Origin: Sulfurimonadaceae bacterium
GTDB lineage: Bacteria > Campylobacterota > Campylobacteria > Campylobacterales > Sulfurimonadaceae
Length of the DNA stretch: 64,000 bases
Assembly (NCBI GenBank): GCA_942493175.1
Contig: OW818672.1
Location: forward strand, 1,603,541 to 1,667,540
Reading direction: 5' to 3'
Shown here piece by piece: positions 8,528 through 18,532 of the stretch (position 1 is the stretch's first letter; every line of letters starts with the position of its first letter). A program made the position numbers and the translations under genes. Under the pieces are notes generated by a model that was not told where the DNA came from, made no database searches, and worked only from the letters and a program-made list of their open reading frames with translations.

Positions 8528-10126
8528 GTGAGAGAGAGTTCAGAAGTTTTAGCACGAAAATATAGACCAAAAAGCTTTGATGAGCTTATCGGTCAAGAGA
8601 GTGTCTCTCAAACTCTTTCACTCGCACTTGACTCAAACAGACTCTCTCACGCATATCTATTTTCAGGGCTTCGCGGAAGCGGAAAAACTTCTACTGCACG
8701 CATCTTCGCAAAAGCTCTTATCTGCGAAAAAGGTTTGACTCACAATCCATGCGGAGTTTGTTCAAACTGCATAAGCTCTCTTGAGAACCGTCACATAGAC
8801 ATAGTTGAGATGGACGCAGCGTCAAATCGCGGTATTGATGATATTCGCGAATTAGTTGAGCAAACAAAATACAAACCATCAACTGCAAGATTTAAAATTT
8901 TTATCATTGATGAAGTTCATATGCTGACTCCACAGGCGTTTAACGCACTATTAAAAACGCTTGAAGAGCCTCCGTCGTATGTAAAATTCATACTTGCGAC
9001 CACCGACCCGCTAAAGCTTCCGGCAACTATTCTTAGCCGTACTCAGCACTTTAGATTTAAATCAATCGCTACAAATAAAATCGTGGATCATTTGGCACAT
9101 ATTTTAAATCTTGAGGGGATAAAGTATGAAGCAGATGCTCTAGCTATTCTTGCAAGAAGCGGAGGAGGAAGCTTAAGAGATACGCTTACACTCTTAGACC
9201 AAGCTATTATTTACTCTAAAAATTATGTGGATGTTCGCACGGTTACAGATATGCTGGGACTTGTTGACCCAAAATTTATAAGCGAACTGTTTAACGCTGT
9301 CTTTGCAAAAGATTATGCAAAAATAGTTGAGTATGTAAAAATTTTACAAGATTATGAAGCCGCTATGGTTGTAGATGAGCTTATAGAATTTTTAAAAGAG
9401 AGAATGTTTGCTTCAGACGCACTCTACTCCACACTTGTATTAGATAGATTCTTTAGAATTTTAAGCGACGCAAAGTATCTCTTTAGCATAAATGCTGACG
9501 GCTCTTTTGTGCTATCTCTTATATTTTTTAAAATGGTTGAGGCTCTGCGCATAAAAGAGGTTGACCAGATGATAGAATCTTTGCAAAAAGAGATATATAG
9601 ACCTGCTATTTCATGCGCAACTCCAATAAATAAACATGAAACATCTGAGATAAAAGAAGAGCTGTATGCAGAAATAAATCCTTATGATAAAACTTTTGCG
9701 CAACTTGTTTTTAAAATCAAAGACAGAAACTTTGAGCTGGGTGATTGTTTTGAAAAGAGTATTGCATTTATCTCTTATGAAAACAGCGTCTTAACATGGG
9801 AGAGTTGTGCAAATGAAGAGTGTAAAAAAGTTTTAACACACGGTTACGGAGTTATAAAACAGCTTGTGCGGGAGGTGTTTGGATTTGAGACGAAAATCAA
9901 ACACGAAGCTTGTACAAAAGTGGCAGAAGATATGGAAGAGGAGTATGAACCAGCTTCTATGATAGAAGACGCTGAAATAGGAGGAAGTGCCAGCTGTGTC
10001 ACAAATTGCGACAGCAGCGACTCGTCAAGAGAGATAAACGGTGCAGATATTTTAGATGAACCGATGGTTCAAAAAGCGACCGAACTTTTTGAAGCAACAA
10101 AAAGAACAGTTCAATCAAAAATTTAA
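8528..10126 (+). CDS. dnaX: DNA polymerase III subunit gamma/tau
   Basis: LARKYRPKSFDELIGQ, Walker A GLRGSGKTS, Zn module CGVCSNC, DEVHML, SRTQHF sensor. GTG start with GGAG upstream. Confidence 0.9.
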   Translation: MRESSEVLARKYRPKSFDELIGQESVSQTLSLALDSNRLSHAYLFSGLRGSGKTSTARIFAKALICEKGLTHNPCGVCSNCISSLENRHIDIVEMDAASNRGIDDIRELVEQTKYKPSTARFKIFIIDEVHMLTPQAFNALLKTLEEPPSYVKFILATTDPLKLPATILSRTQHFRFKSIATNKIVDHLAHILNLEGIKYEADALAILARSGGGSLRDTLTLLDQAIIYSKNYVDVRTVTDMLGLVDPKFISELFNAVFAKDYAKIVEYVKILQDYEAAMVVDELIEFLKERMFASDALYSTLVLDRFFRILSDAKYLFSINADGSFVLSLIFFKMVEALRIKEVDQMIESLQKEIYRPAISCATPINKHETSEIKEELYAEINPYDKTFAQLVFKIKDRNFELGDCFEKSIAFISYENSVLTWESCANEECKKVLTHGYGVIKQLVREVFGFETKIKHEACTKVAEDMEEEYEPASMIEDAEIGGSASCVTNCDSSDSSREINGADILDEPMVQKATELFEATKRTVQSKI

Positions 10127-11517
10127 CTCTTTAACATTTTCTCAATACTAAAACTAAATGTTGAACCTTTGCCAAGCTCTGAGCTTATATCAAGCGATGA
10201 GTCAAGCAGTTTCAAAACATAGGTAACCATAGCTAAACCGATTCCCATAGAGTTATCCCATTTGTTTTTATCTACTCTATAAAACTTGTCGGCTATTCTC
10301 TTTAGATGCTCCTCTTTTATCCCTATTCCGCTGTCTTTTACAGAAACTCTTTTATCTTTTAACTCTAAAATAACATCATCTTTTGAGTATTTTAAAGCAT
10401 TGTCCACTAAGTTGATAAGTGCCAACTCCAACATCGTCTTATCAGTAAAAACACTCTGCTCATCTGCTCTTACTATAATCTCTCTATCTTTATATTTCAG
10501 AGCTAAATTTGATGCAACTTCACTGCATAACTGCTTTAAATCAAACTCATTTTTATGAATTGACAAATCGCCGTTTTCAAGCTTAACGGAGAGAATAAGT
10601 CTATCTAGCATTTTAGATATTTTATCGCCGTTTGAGCTTATTTTGCTCAAAAATTTATCTCGAATACTCTTTGGCATATCACTATCTTCTTGAATCGTTT
10701 GAGCATACCCCATTATTGATGCTACTGGATTTTTAAACTCATGTGAAATAGCGGATAAAATATCATTTTTTTGCTTATTTATGAGTCTAAGCTTTGCCAT
10801 ATTTTTTGCTTTTTTCTTCTCATTTTTGCTAAGCTTTTTAACAAGATTTTTAAGAAGCAGCGATATTTGCAAAAACTCATAAAAATATTTTGTTTTTATA
10901 ACCGCTTTATAGTTTTTGTTTGAGACTTCGTCCAAGTAGTTTGTAATTTGAGAGATGTCATAAACTATCCTTTGGCTCATTTTTTTAGATATATAAGTAG
11001 CAAAAATTACAATACCAAGAAAAATAAAAAACAGTCTTATCCACAAAGAATAAAAATCATGCATAATCTGCGCCAAGCTCATCGAGAGCCTTACATATAT
11101 AAATTCATTTTTGTAAGCTATTTTTTTTGCAACATATAAAAAATCAGCCTTAACAGTTTTTGAGTATCTTGTTATATCTCCGTAATTATTAGAATTTGAT
11201 TGCATAATTTCAAATCTTGAAGAGTGATTGTCCATCTCTCTCTTATCTGCATTTGACTCAGCTAAAACAACTCCGCTCTCTGCTATTATGGTTACCCTAA
11301 GAGATGTTTTATTATTAATTTGCATTGCAAAATCATCTATATTATCTATATTTTCTAACTCAATCTCCATCAGCTCTATAGCATTTTTTAGGTGATTTTT
11401 CTTATGTTCAATAATTATATCTTTTAGCGCTATATAGCCAATAACGGAGGTAATTAAGAGCGTGCTTATAAACAGCAACAGAAATTTTAGTATAAATATT
11501 TGATGTATTTTTAACAC
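10123..11517 (-). CDS. Sensor histidine kinase (PhoR/OmpR-partner type)
   Basis: Two TM segments. H-box SHEFKNPVASI, N box NLVDNALKYS, DSGIGI, MGIGLAMV. The GTG start overlaps the stop of the response regulator gene upstream of it. Confidence 0.85.
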   Translation of the reverse strand: MLKIHQIFILKFLLLFISTLLITSVIGYIALKDIIIEHKKNHLKNAIELMEIELENIDNIDDFAMQINNKTSLRVTIIAESGVVLAESNADKREMDNHSSRFEIMQSNSNNYGDITRYSKTVKADFLYVAKKIAYKNEFIYVRLSMSLAQIMHDFYSLWIRLFFIFLGIVIFATYISKKMSQRIVYDISQITNYLDEVSNKNYKAVIKTKYFYEFLQISLLLKNLVKKLSKNEKKKAKNMAKLRLINKQKNDILSAISHEFKNPVASIMGYAQTIQEDSDMPKSIRDKFLSKISSNGDKISKMLDRLILSVKLENGDLSIHKNEFDLKQLCSEVASNLALKYKDREIIVRADEQSVFTDKTMLELALINLVDNALKYSKDDVILELKDKRVSVKDSGIGIKEEHLKRIADKFYRVDKNKWDNSMGIGLAMVTYVLKLLDSSLDISSELGKGSTFSFSIEKMLKS

Positions 11518-12185
11518 AACTTATACCCTACCCCTCGAACTGTTTGTATATAATTTTTACTCTTTGTGGGATCTATCTTCTCTTTTAGGCGGTTTATTGC
11601 AACATTTACGGTTTTGTACTGATACTCTTCTGCACCATCCCATACATTTTCTAGCAAGTAATCGCGGTCTAACACGCTGTTTTTGTTTAAAATAAACTCG
11701 CTTAAGAGATTGAACTCAAGTTTTGTAACATCTACGATTTTACCATCAACACTTAGAGTTCTTGAGCTTTTATCCAGCAGTAAATCTCTATATGCCAAAA
11801 CACCATCTTCTACTTTTTTACTAGTTCTACGAAGTAGTGCTTTAATGCGAAGCAACAACTCTTTCATATTAAAAGGTTTTGTTATATAGTCGTCAGCACC
11901 CCTTAAAAACCCCTCTTCTATCTCAAAATCTTGACTTTTTGCGCTTAAATAGATGACCGGAGTTACAAACCCTTCTTTTCTAAGAGATTGAACAAACTCG
12001 CTACCTTCCACACCGGGAAGATTTCTATCCATAATAAGCAAATCGACACTCTCTTCAATGAGCATTTGCGCTACACTTTTTGTGTTTAAAAATCCTATAA
12101 CCTCATAGCCCTCTTTTGTTAAATTATATTCAATAAGTTCTAATATATCCTCTTCATCTTCTACTACTACAATTTTAACACTCAT
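11511..12185 (-). CDS. OmpR/PhoB-family response regulator
   Basis: Receiver (IVVVEDEEDI, LLIMDRNLPG, SAKS) plus a winged-helix C-terminus (LTKLEFNLLSEF, VNVAINRLKEKI, VRGVGYKL). Confidence 0.9.
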   Translation of the reverse strand: MSVKIVVVEDEEDILELIEYNLTKEGYEVIGFLNTKSVAQMLIEESVDLLIMDRNLPGVEGSEFVQSLRKEGFVTPVIYLSAKSQDFEIEEGFLRGADDYITKPFNMKELLLRIKALLRRTSKKVEDGVLAYRDLLLDKSSRTLSVDGKIVDVTKLEFNLLSEFILNKNSVLDRDYLLENVWDGAEEYQYKTVNVAINRLKEKIDPTKSKNYIQTVRGVGYKLC

Positions 12186-12214
12186 AAAACATCCCCAAAT
12201 ATATCTTTTTATTA

Positions 12215-12766
12215 TTGTATCAAATGTATCAAAAAATTATGCTTCTTCTTTTATACTTTTTAAAGTTGATTTGCCTTATAATGTGTGCTATTAGCAAGGA
12301 GTATGCAGTGTTTGTATCATCATATAGTACATATATCAGCACAAACAATTCAAACAAAATTAATGGCTATAAAGCTGATAAGTATGGGGATGACTTAAAC
12401 TCTTTTGGCGAAGAGCTCTCAAAATCTACGATAATAAAACCACATACTGATAAAAATCTGCCTATTGATTATATCTCTAACTACAAATCTTTTAATAACC
12501 AGCAGAAATTACAAGAACAGTTACAAACTCAGGATGAACTAAGACTGAAACAATTAACTACTATAAACAGCGCGAAAGTTGCATATGAGGGAAATAGTAC
12601 AATGTTTTCACTCGTGAGAAAGCCAACTCTGACTTTGAGCCAAACACCTAAAATAGATGAAAAACTACCTAGTGATGTAAAAGAAGCAAAAGAGAAAAAT
12701 TTACGACATACAATGGTAAATACCTACTCTGCAAACAACAAATACTTTGAGATAACGGCTGCTTAA
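12215..12766 (+). CDS. Hypothetical protein (N/K/Q/T-rich, no recognisable domain)
   Basis: Open frame only. The most convincing start is the in-frame GTG at 12308, preceded by AAGGAG with a 6-nt spacer. The longer TTG-initiated form would add a hydrophobic N-terminus. Confidence 0.4.
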   Translation: MYQMYQKIMLLLLYFLKLICLIMCAISKEYAVFVSSYSTYISTNNSNKINGYKADKYGDDLNSFGEELSKSTIIKPHTDKNLPIDYISNYKSFNNQQKLQEQLQTQDELRLKQLTTINSAKVAYEGNSTMFSLVRKPTLTLSQTPKIDEKLPSDVKEAKEKNLRHTMVNTYSANNKYFEITAA

Positions 12767-13579
12767 CTACTCTGCCTCGATCCATGCGTCAGTTTTTATC
12801 ACTCTGCCTTCGTCAAATATTTTTAGCTTAAATGCACTCTTGCATTTTCCATCGTTAAAATCCATAATAGCGATTTGAAGAATTTTCTTACACTTTTTTG
12901 GAATATCAAAATGACCTTTTATGCCGGTTAAAAACTGTTTCAGAGGCACTTTTTCATCCATACCGATAACATTGTCTCTACAACCGGTCAAACCAATATC
13001 AGTTAGGTATGCAGTCCCATATGCAATCAAAAAATCATCAGTTCCTACATGTGTATGCGTCCCGATAATGGCACTCACGCTCCCTTGAAGTAGCATCATC
13101 ATAGCGCGTTTTTCACTTGTTGCCTCGGCATGAAAATCTATAAAAATATTTTTTACGCCATCAGTATGCAGAGCCTCAACCGTACTCTTTGCCGCTCTAA
13201 AAGCATTATTTGTATATGGCATAGAGTAGTGACCCATAAGGTTTAAAATTGCCAACTTTTCTCCGCACACATCATAAACTTTACAGCCTGTCCCTTTTAC
13301 CTCATCGGGGTAATTATGAGGTCTTAAAATCTCATGGGTATCAAAAAGTGCTTCAACATCTTTTTTATCCCAAGTATGATTTCCGCCGCTCATACAATCC
13401 ACACCAAAACCTACAATTTCATTTGCATTTTTAAGAGTCAATCCAAAACCATGTGAAGCGTTCTCATAATTTGCAACTACAAAATCTATCTTATGTTCTT
13501 CTCTAATTTTCTTGAGGTACGCTTTTAACATATCTCTTCCGTGACTTCCTACTATATCGCCTATGAATGCTACTCTCAT
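12767..13579 (-). CDS. YmdB-like metallophosphoesterase (TIGR00282 family, 2',3'-cyclic-nucleotide phosphodiesterase type)
   Basis: MRVAFIGDIVG, NYENASHGFG, GGNHTWD and GTHTHV metallophosphoesterase motifs. Confidence 0.85.
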   Translation of the reverse strand: MRVAFIGDIVGSHGRDMLKAYLKKIREEHKIDFVVANYENASHGFGLTLKNANEIVGFGVDCMSGGNHTWDKKDVEALFDTHEILRPHNYPDEVKGTGCKVYDVCGEKLAILNLMGHYSMPYTNNAFRAAKSTVEALHTDGVKNIFIDFHAEATSEKRAMMMLLQGSVSAIIGTHTHVGTDDFLIAYGTAYLTDIGLTGCRDNVIGMDEKVPLKQFLTGIKGHFDIPKKCKKILQIAIMDFNDGKCKSAFKLKIFDEGRVIKTDAWIEAE

Positions 13580-13606
13580 TTTAAAATTTCCTTATTTTGT
13601 AAATCT

Positions 13607-13687
13607 CGAAAAACTTGTTTTTCGTATCTTTAGGGGATTGCAAAGGACTAAAGTCCTTGCCACTTTACGGGCTTTGCTCGTAAAGTG
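13607..13687 (-). other. Cluster of three consecutive stem-loops in the ung-ymdB spacer (relatively GC-rich)
   Basis: Three hairpins: cgaaaaac/gtttttcg (13607-13624); gcaaaggac/gtccttgc with one bulge (13640-13660); cactttacg/cgtaaagtg, a perfect 9-bp stem with a 9-nt loop (13661-13687). Confidence 0.5.
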
Positions 13688-13698
13688 CGTAACATCAG

Positions 13699-14370
13699 TT
13701 ATATACACCATTTAATGGGGCTTATAGCTTTTGACACAAGATACTCGTTTGTTTTTGAAAAAGGTTTTGAGCCGAAAAATCCTCTGTATGATGAGAGCGG
13801 TGAGGGATGCGGTGACTTTAATATAAGATGTTTTTTTTCATCAATCAGCGAAGCTTTCGTACCGGCAGGATTTCCCCATAGTATGAAAACCAGATTCTCT
13901 TTTTGTTCACTAAGCAGTCTGATGACACTATCGGTAAATATCTCCCAACCCCTACTCTTATGTGAATTTGCTTCATTCGCTCTTACAGTTAAAACAGTGT
14001 TTAGCAAAAAAACTCCCTCTTTTGTCCAGCTTGTCAAATTTCCACTCTTTGGCATATCACAACCCATATCATCACGAAGTTCTTTAAAAATATTTTGAAG
14101 TGAGGGCGGAAATGGTACTCCCTCATTTACGGAAAATGCAAGTCCATGGGCTTGATTTACCCCATGATACGGGTCTTGTCCTAAAATCACAACTTTTACA
14201 TTATCAAACGGTGTGTTGTCAAATGCGGCAAAAATATTTGAGCCATGCGGATACACGGTATGTCTTTGCTTCTCTTCAACCAAAAACCTCTTTAACTCTT
14301 CAAAATACGGTTTTTGGAACTCATCAAAAAGAACTTCTCTCCAACTCTCATCTATCTTTGGGTTTATCAT
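13699..14370 (-). CDS. ung: Uracil-DNA glycosylase
   Basis: GQDPYHG, GVFLLN, HPSPLS family-1 UDG motifs. Confidence 0.95.
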   Translation of the reverse strand: MINPKIDESWREVLFDEFQKPYFEELKRFLVEEKQRHTVYPHGSNIFAAFDNTPFDNVKVVILGQDPYHGVNQAHGLAFSVNEGVPFPPSLQNIFKELRDDMGCDMPKSGNLTSWTKEGVFLLNTVLTVRANEANSHKSRGWEIFTDSVIRLLSEQKENLVFILWGNPAGTKASLIDEKKHLILKSPHPSPLSSYRGFFGSKPFSKTNEYLVSKAISPIKWCI

Positions 14371-14408
14371 CTTTTCTCCGTTACAAAATTAAACTGCTTG
14401 CAGCCATT

Positions 14409-17387
14409 TTATTTATTCGCTCTTAGATATACAAGCACCGCTTTTATGATGTCGTCATCATCTTTTGAGTCTGCTTTTATGCTCTCTTTTTTCTCATCAA
14501 AATAGGTAAGAGTGATGTTCTGTCCATAGTTAGAGACGCTCTTTATCTTTTTTTCTAAGCTTAAAAGTTTGATAACCATAAGTTCAAAAAACTGCTTACT
14601 CGGTGTATCAAGCTCCCCAAATCTGTCTATCACCTCTTCTTGTATCTCATATACTTCTACACCGTTTTGGCAAGCTGAAAGTCGTCTGTAAATATCCAGA
14701 CGGAGCCTGTCCTCTTTTACAACCTCATCGGATATGTAAGCTGAAATAGTAAGTTTTATGTCCACTTTCATCTTCTCAACCTGCGCTTGGTTGCTAAGGA
14801 GTTTTATGGCATCTTCTAACATTCTAAGATAGAGCGAATAGCCGATATTTTTTATATGCCCGCTTTGAGCATCGCCAACCAAGTTTCCGCCGCCCCTTAT
14901 CTCCAAGTCATGATAAGCCAGCACTGAGCCGCTTCCCAAAAATGAGTTTGACTCTAACGCTAGAAGTCTTTTTTTAGCGTCATCTGTTAAGTTCTCTTTG
15001 TCATTTACTATAAAGTATGCGAAGCCCTCGACATTGCTTCGTCCGACCCTGCCTCTAAGCTGATGTAAATCTGCCATACCAAATCTATCCGCACCATCAA
15101 CGATAATAGTATTTACACGAGGCATGTGGATGCCTGACTCTATGATAGAGGTTGCAAGCATTAGGTCATATTCGCCGGCTTCAAACTTCAAAAGCTCTTT
15201 TTCCGTATCCGTTGCCGAGATTCTTGAGTGCAGCATCACCACTCTTAACTCCGGCAATATTGCTTTTAATTCACCAAGTTTTATAGGCATGTGGTCTATT
15301 GAGTTGTGAACATAAAATATCTGTCCGCCGCGGCGAATCTCTCGCAATATCACCTCTTTTATGAGCTTCTCTTCATACGCTTTTACAAAAGTTCTAACAG
15401 GCTGTCTTTGGCTCGGCGGAGTTAAGAGTTGGCTCATTGTTTTTATGGAACTTAGCGCTTGATTTAGCGAGCGAGGGATTGGTGTGGCACTCATCGATAA
15501 AAGATGAACATTGTGATAGAGCTCTTTTATCTTCTCTTTTTGTTTTACCCCAAACTTATGTTCTTCATCTATTATAACAACACCAAGATTCTTAAAATCC
15601 AAATCAAAGAGAGAGTGTGTTCCGACTACGGCATCTATTTCGCCGGAAGCCAATCCTTTTATTATATTGCTTCTATCTTTTGCACTTACAAATCTATCTA
15701 GTTTGGCTGTCTTGATTCCAAGATCATTAAACCTCTCTCTGAGCGAGCGGTAGTGCTGAGCCGAGAGAAGCGTTGTAGGGACGATTAGAGCCGACTGGAA
15801 ACCTGATTTATATGCCGCAAATATCGTATTCATCGCAACCTCAGTCTTGCCAAAACCTACATCTCCGCTAAGAAGTCTGTCCATAATGTGACCTGAGTTC
15901 ATCTGCGTAATTATCTCGTTTATTGATTGCGTCTGATCATCGGTATAAAGAAAACCGGATAATTTTTGAAACGCTATTAGCTCGCTCTCATCAACACTAA
16001 TTTTCGGCGCTTTTATGAGTTCTCTTGCGGCAGCAGTATTTACAATCTGCCCCGCTATCTCCATAAGCCGTTTTTTCACGCTCTCTTTTAGTTTACCGAA
16101 ACTCCCCTTACCAAGCTTGTCCAAAACGGGAACAGAGCCTCCTGAAGCGATATAGCGGTCAATGACATCAAGATTTTCAACGGGAAGCAGAATCTTATCA
16201 TCGCCGACATACTTGATAACTATAAAATCTTTGATACCGCCGAGGATTTTAGTCTGTTCTATACTTTCAAATATGCCGACACCGTAATCCTCATGAACGA
16301 CATAATCGCCTGATTTTAAATCATCGAGCAAAATTGAGCTTTTTCTTCTTCGTCTTATTTTATTTTGTCTATTTAGTGAAACTACAAGCTCATCTTTTGA
16401 GATTATGTTTAAGATATATGGAGCATAAACCACGCTGATATTTTTAAGCTCAAACAACCCGGCTTGCTTTACTACAGCCTCATTTGAAGCAATAACCGTT
16501 ATTTTTTTATCTTTATGTACACTTAAAAGAGCATGTAGGTCGGTAACAAAAATCTCTTTAAAATCATCAGACTCGCTAAGAATTTCAAGGTTAAAGCACT
16601 CGCGTGAAAGCGTCGGTCTGTTTAGAGCATACGCATCCACCAAAGTGGCATCTAAATTTCTGACTAGTTTTGCATTTTTGCCCTCTAAAAAGCTTATAGC
16701 GTTCTCGCCCAAATGCCATAGACCCAAAGAGGCTATATCTTTTACAAGAGAGTCAAACTCGCTCTTTTTGACCCTCTCGTTTAGGCTCTCAAACCCCTCT
16801 TCATCCAAAGAGAAAAAAGCAGGAGTCAGCTCAAAGCTCTCGAGCTCCTCTTTTTGTGTTCTCTGGGATTCAAGTTCAAAATATTTTATCTGTTCAATCT
16901 CATCGTCAAAGAGCGAGATACGAAGCGGCAGAGCACTTGATGGCGGATATATATCTATAATGTCTCCGCGAAAGGATATTTCACCCTCCACTTGCACCAT
17001 ATCAACAAAGCTGTATCCCCAAAAAAGCATCTGCTCTTGAAATTTTTTAAACTCTATTTTTGTTCCAAACTCTATAACTACAGAGTCCAAAAGCTCTTTG
17101 CGCGGCAGATTGAAAAGGAGTGTTTTTAGCGGCGAAATAACAAGCGGTTTTTTCTTACATGTATAATATTTTCTCAGAGCACAAAAAAGCTCGTGAAGCT
17201 CCTCTTTGTAAACCCTTAAATCATCTCCGTAAGTGGCTCTAAAATCAGGAAAAACAAGAACATCTTGCTTGAAAAATTTGGCTACGCTCTCCAACTCATA
17301 TGCTTCTTTAGAATCTTGACAAATCAATAGTTCTAAATCTTGCCCTTTTGCGGTTTTGTAGTACTGGAACAGTCTGTTTTGAGACAT
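14409..17387 (-). CDS. mfd: Transcription-repair coupling factor
   Basis: 992 aa. Superfamily-2 helicase motifs (GDVGFGKTEVA, DEEHKFGV, SATPIPR, QLRGRVGRS), a CarD-like region and TRG-like region. Confidence 0.95.
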   Translation of the reverse strand: MSQNRLFQYYKTAKGQDLELLICQDSKEAYELESVAKFFKQDVLVFPDFRATYGDDLRVYKEELHELFCALRKYYTCKKKPLVISPLKTLLFNLPRKELLDSVVIEFGTKIEFKKFQEQMLFWGYSFVDMVQVEGEISFRGDIIDIYPPSSALPLRISLFDDEIEQIKYFELESQRTQKEELESFELTPAFFSLDEEGFESLNERVKKSEFDSLVKDIASLGLWHLGENAISFLEGKNAKLVRNLDATLVDAYALNRPTLSRECFNLEILSESDDFKEIFVTDLHALLSVHKDKKITVIASNEAVVKQAGLFELKNISVVYAPYILNIISKDELVVSLNRQNKIRRRRKSSILLDDLKSGDYVVHEDYGVGIFESIEQTKILGGIKDFIVIKYVGDDKILLPVENLDVIDRYIASGGSVPVLDKLGKGSFGKLKESVKKRLMEIAGQIVNTAAARELIKAPKISVDESELIAFQKLSGFLYTDDQTQSINEIITQMNSGHIMDRLLSGDVGFGKTEVAMNTIFAAYKSGFQSALIVPTTLLSAQHYRSLRERFNDLGIKTAKLDRFVSAKDRSNIIKGLASGEIDAVVGTHSLFDLDFKNLGVVIIDEEHKFGVKQKEKIKELYHNVHLLSMSATPIPRSLNQALSSIKTMSQLLTPPSQRQPVRTFVKAYEEKLIKEVILREIRRGGQIFYVHNSIDHMPIKLGELKAILPELRVVMLHSRISATDTEKELLKFEAGEYDLMLATSIIESGIHMPRVNTIIVDGADRFGMADLHQLRGRVGRSNVEGFAYFIVNDKENLTDDAKKRLLALESNSFLGSGSVLAYHDLEIRGGGNLVGDAQSGHIKNIGYSLYLRMLEDAIKLLSNQAQVEKMKVDIKLTISAYISDEVVKEDRLRLDIYRRLSACQNGVEVYEIQEEVIDRFGELDTPSKQFFELMVIKLLSLEKKIKSVSNYGQNITLTYFDEKKESIKADSKDDDDIIKAVLVYLRANK

Positions 17388-18532
17388 TATGCGTAACTCC
17401 TTAAAAATGCTTCAACAACGCTAAAAGAGCCAAAAACCAAATAGTTTTGCTCCCCTTTTATCTCTTTGAAAATTGTATGCTTTATGCCCAAATCATCCAA
17501 CGCTTTTTCTATTTTTTGCAACTCTTCTACTCTTTGATTATCAACTTCTATTATCTCAACATCTAAAATTATGGGCTTTAAAATTGAGAGTATCTCTTTA
17601 TAGTTTTTATCTCTGTAACTGTTATAAATCAGCGTAAATTTTTTACCGTTTAACGCTTCTGCTATGCCGGAAGCTGCGAGCGAATTGTGTCCGACATCAA
17701 CAATTATATTGTCGCTTATTTTCGTAACTCTTCCAAAAAGAGGTGCCGATGAAAAATTTTCCACTTCATACTTAAACCCTAAAAAATTTAACGCAGATAT
17801 GCTAAGTGATAAGTTATCTATCAAATATGGAACAAGCGATAATTTTTTGGCAATTTGTTCTATTTTCTCTCTATCTTTTTCATCTATAAGTTCACTGACT
17901 TTTTTAATATTCAAAGATTTTTCAACCTGAAGTTTATCGGCAATTTTATAAACCTCATCGTAGTTTTGAACAGCTAAAATTGCGCTATTTTGAATAGCAT
18001 TTAACTTTGTAGTTGCAATCTGTTCTATTGTTGAGCCTAAAAAAGCTTCGTGATCGTAGGCAATAGGAGTTACAAGCGTCAAACATTTTGCAAATACAGC
18101 AGTTGCGTCAAACTCACCGCCAAGTCCTGCCTCCATAACCACATAGTCGCACTTTTTAAAAACAATCATACCAAGGAGCGTTGTGTATTCAAAATAGCTA
18201 AGAGAATCAGAGTCAAACGGAGTCAAAAGCTTATGAAGTTCTATATGAGCATCTTCCAACTCTGCATCTGTTGCATTTGCGCCATTTATCCAGATTCTCT
18301 CATTAAACTCTAATATATGCGGCGATGTGTAATGCCCAACTTTAACTCCCATTGAGCAGAGAGCATTAGCCAAAAAACGCCCAGTAGTCCCCTTGCCGTT
18401 TGTGCCAATAATGTGAACTGTTTTAGGAGTGGTTAAAGAAGATTTCAATTTTTCATATATGCGTGGCATACGAGCGTAGTCAATTTCATCGTAATAGAGC
18501 GGTTTAGAGTTTAGATAATCTTTTAATGTCAC
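17387..18532 (-). CDS. folC: Folylpolyglutamate synthase / dihydrofolate synthase
   Basis: Mur-ligase-type P-loop IIGTNGKGTT, and EAGLGGEFDATA. Confidence 0.85.
   Translation of the reverse strand: MTLKDYLNSKPLYYDEIDYARMPRIYEKLKSSLTTPKTVHIIGTNGKGTTGRFLANALCSMGVKVGHYTSPHILEFNERIWINGANATDAELEDAHIELHKLLTPFDSDSLSYFEYTTLLGMIVFKKCDYVVMEAGLGGEFDATAVFAKCLTLVTPIAYDHEAFLGSTIEQIATTKLNAIQNSAILAVQNYDEVYKIADKLQVEKSLNIKKVSELIDEKDREKIEQIAKKLSLVPYLIDNLSLSISALNFLGFKYEVENFSSAPLFGRVTKISDNIIVDVGHNSLAASGIAEALNGKKFTLIYNSYRDKNYKEILSILKPIILDVEIIEVDNQRVEELQKIEKALDDLGIKHTIFKEIKGEQNYLVFGSFSVVEAFLRSYA

Noticed and set aside
9824-9830. AAAAAAG tract in dnaX at codon 433, near the position of the E. coli gamma/tau frameshift site
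   Set aside because: In the zero frame it reads AAA AAA G, not the A AAA AAG (X XXY YYZ) phasing. There is no downstream stem-loop, and the -1 frame stays open for about 19 more codons. A6 runs are common in this AT-rich DNA.
13685-14426. ORFs of 137 aa and 108 aa on the + strand overlapping ung
   Set aside because: They are antisense to a clear uracil-DNA glycosylase gene and show no motifs or start context. Shadow ORFs.
16645-17040. 131-aa + strand ORF inside mfd. Similar cases: 18526-18999 inside the GGDEF gene, 26518-26946 inside secD, 29116-29361 inside ppk.
   Set aside because: All lie antisense within long genes supported by strong motifs, and their translations are serine/leucine-rich and low in complexity. 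They are typical of AT-rich shadow frames.
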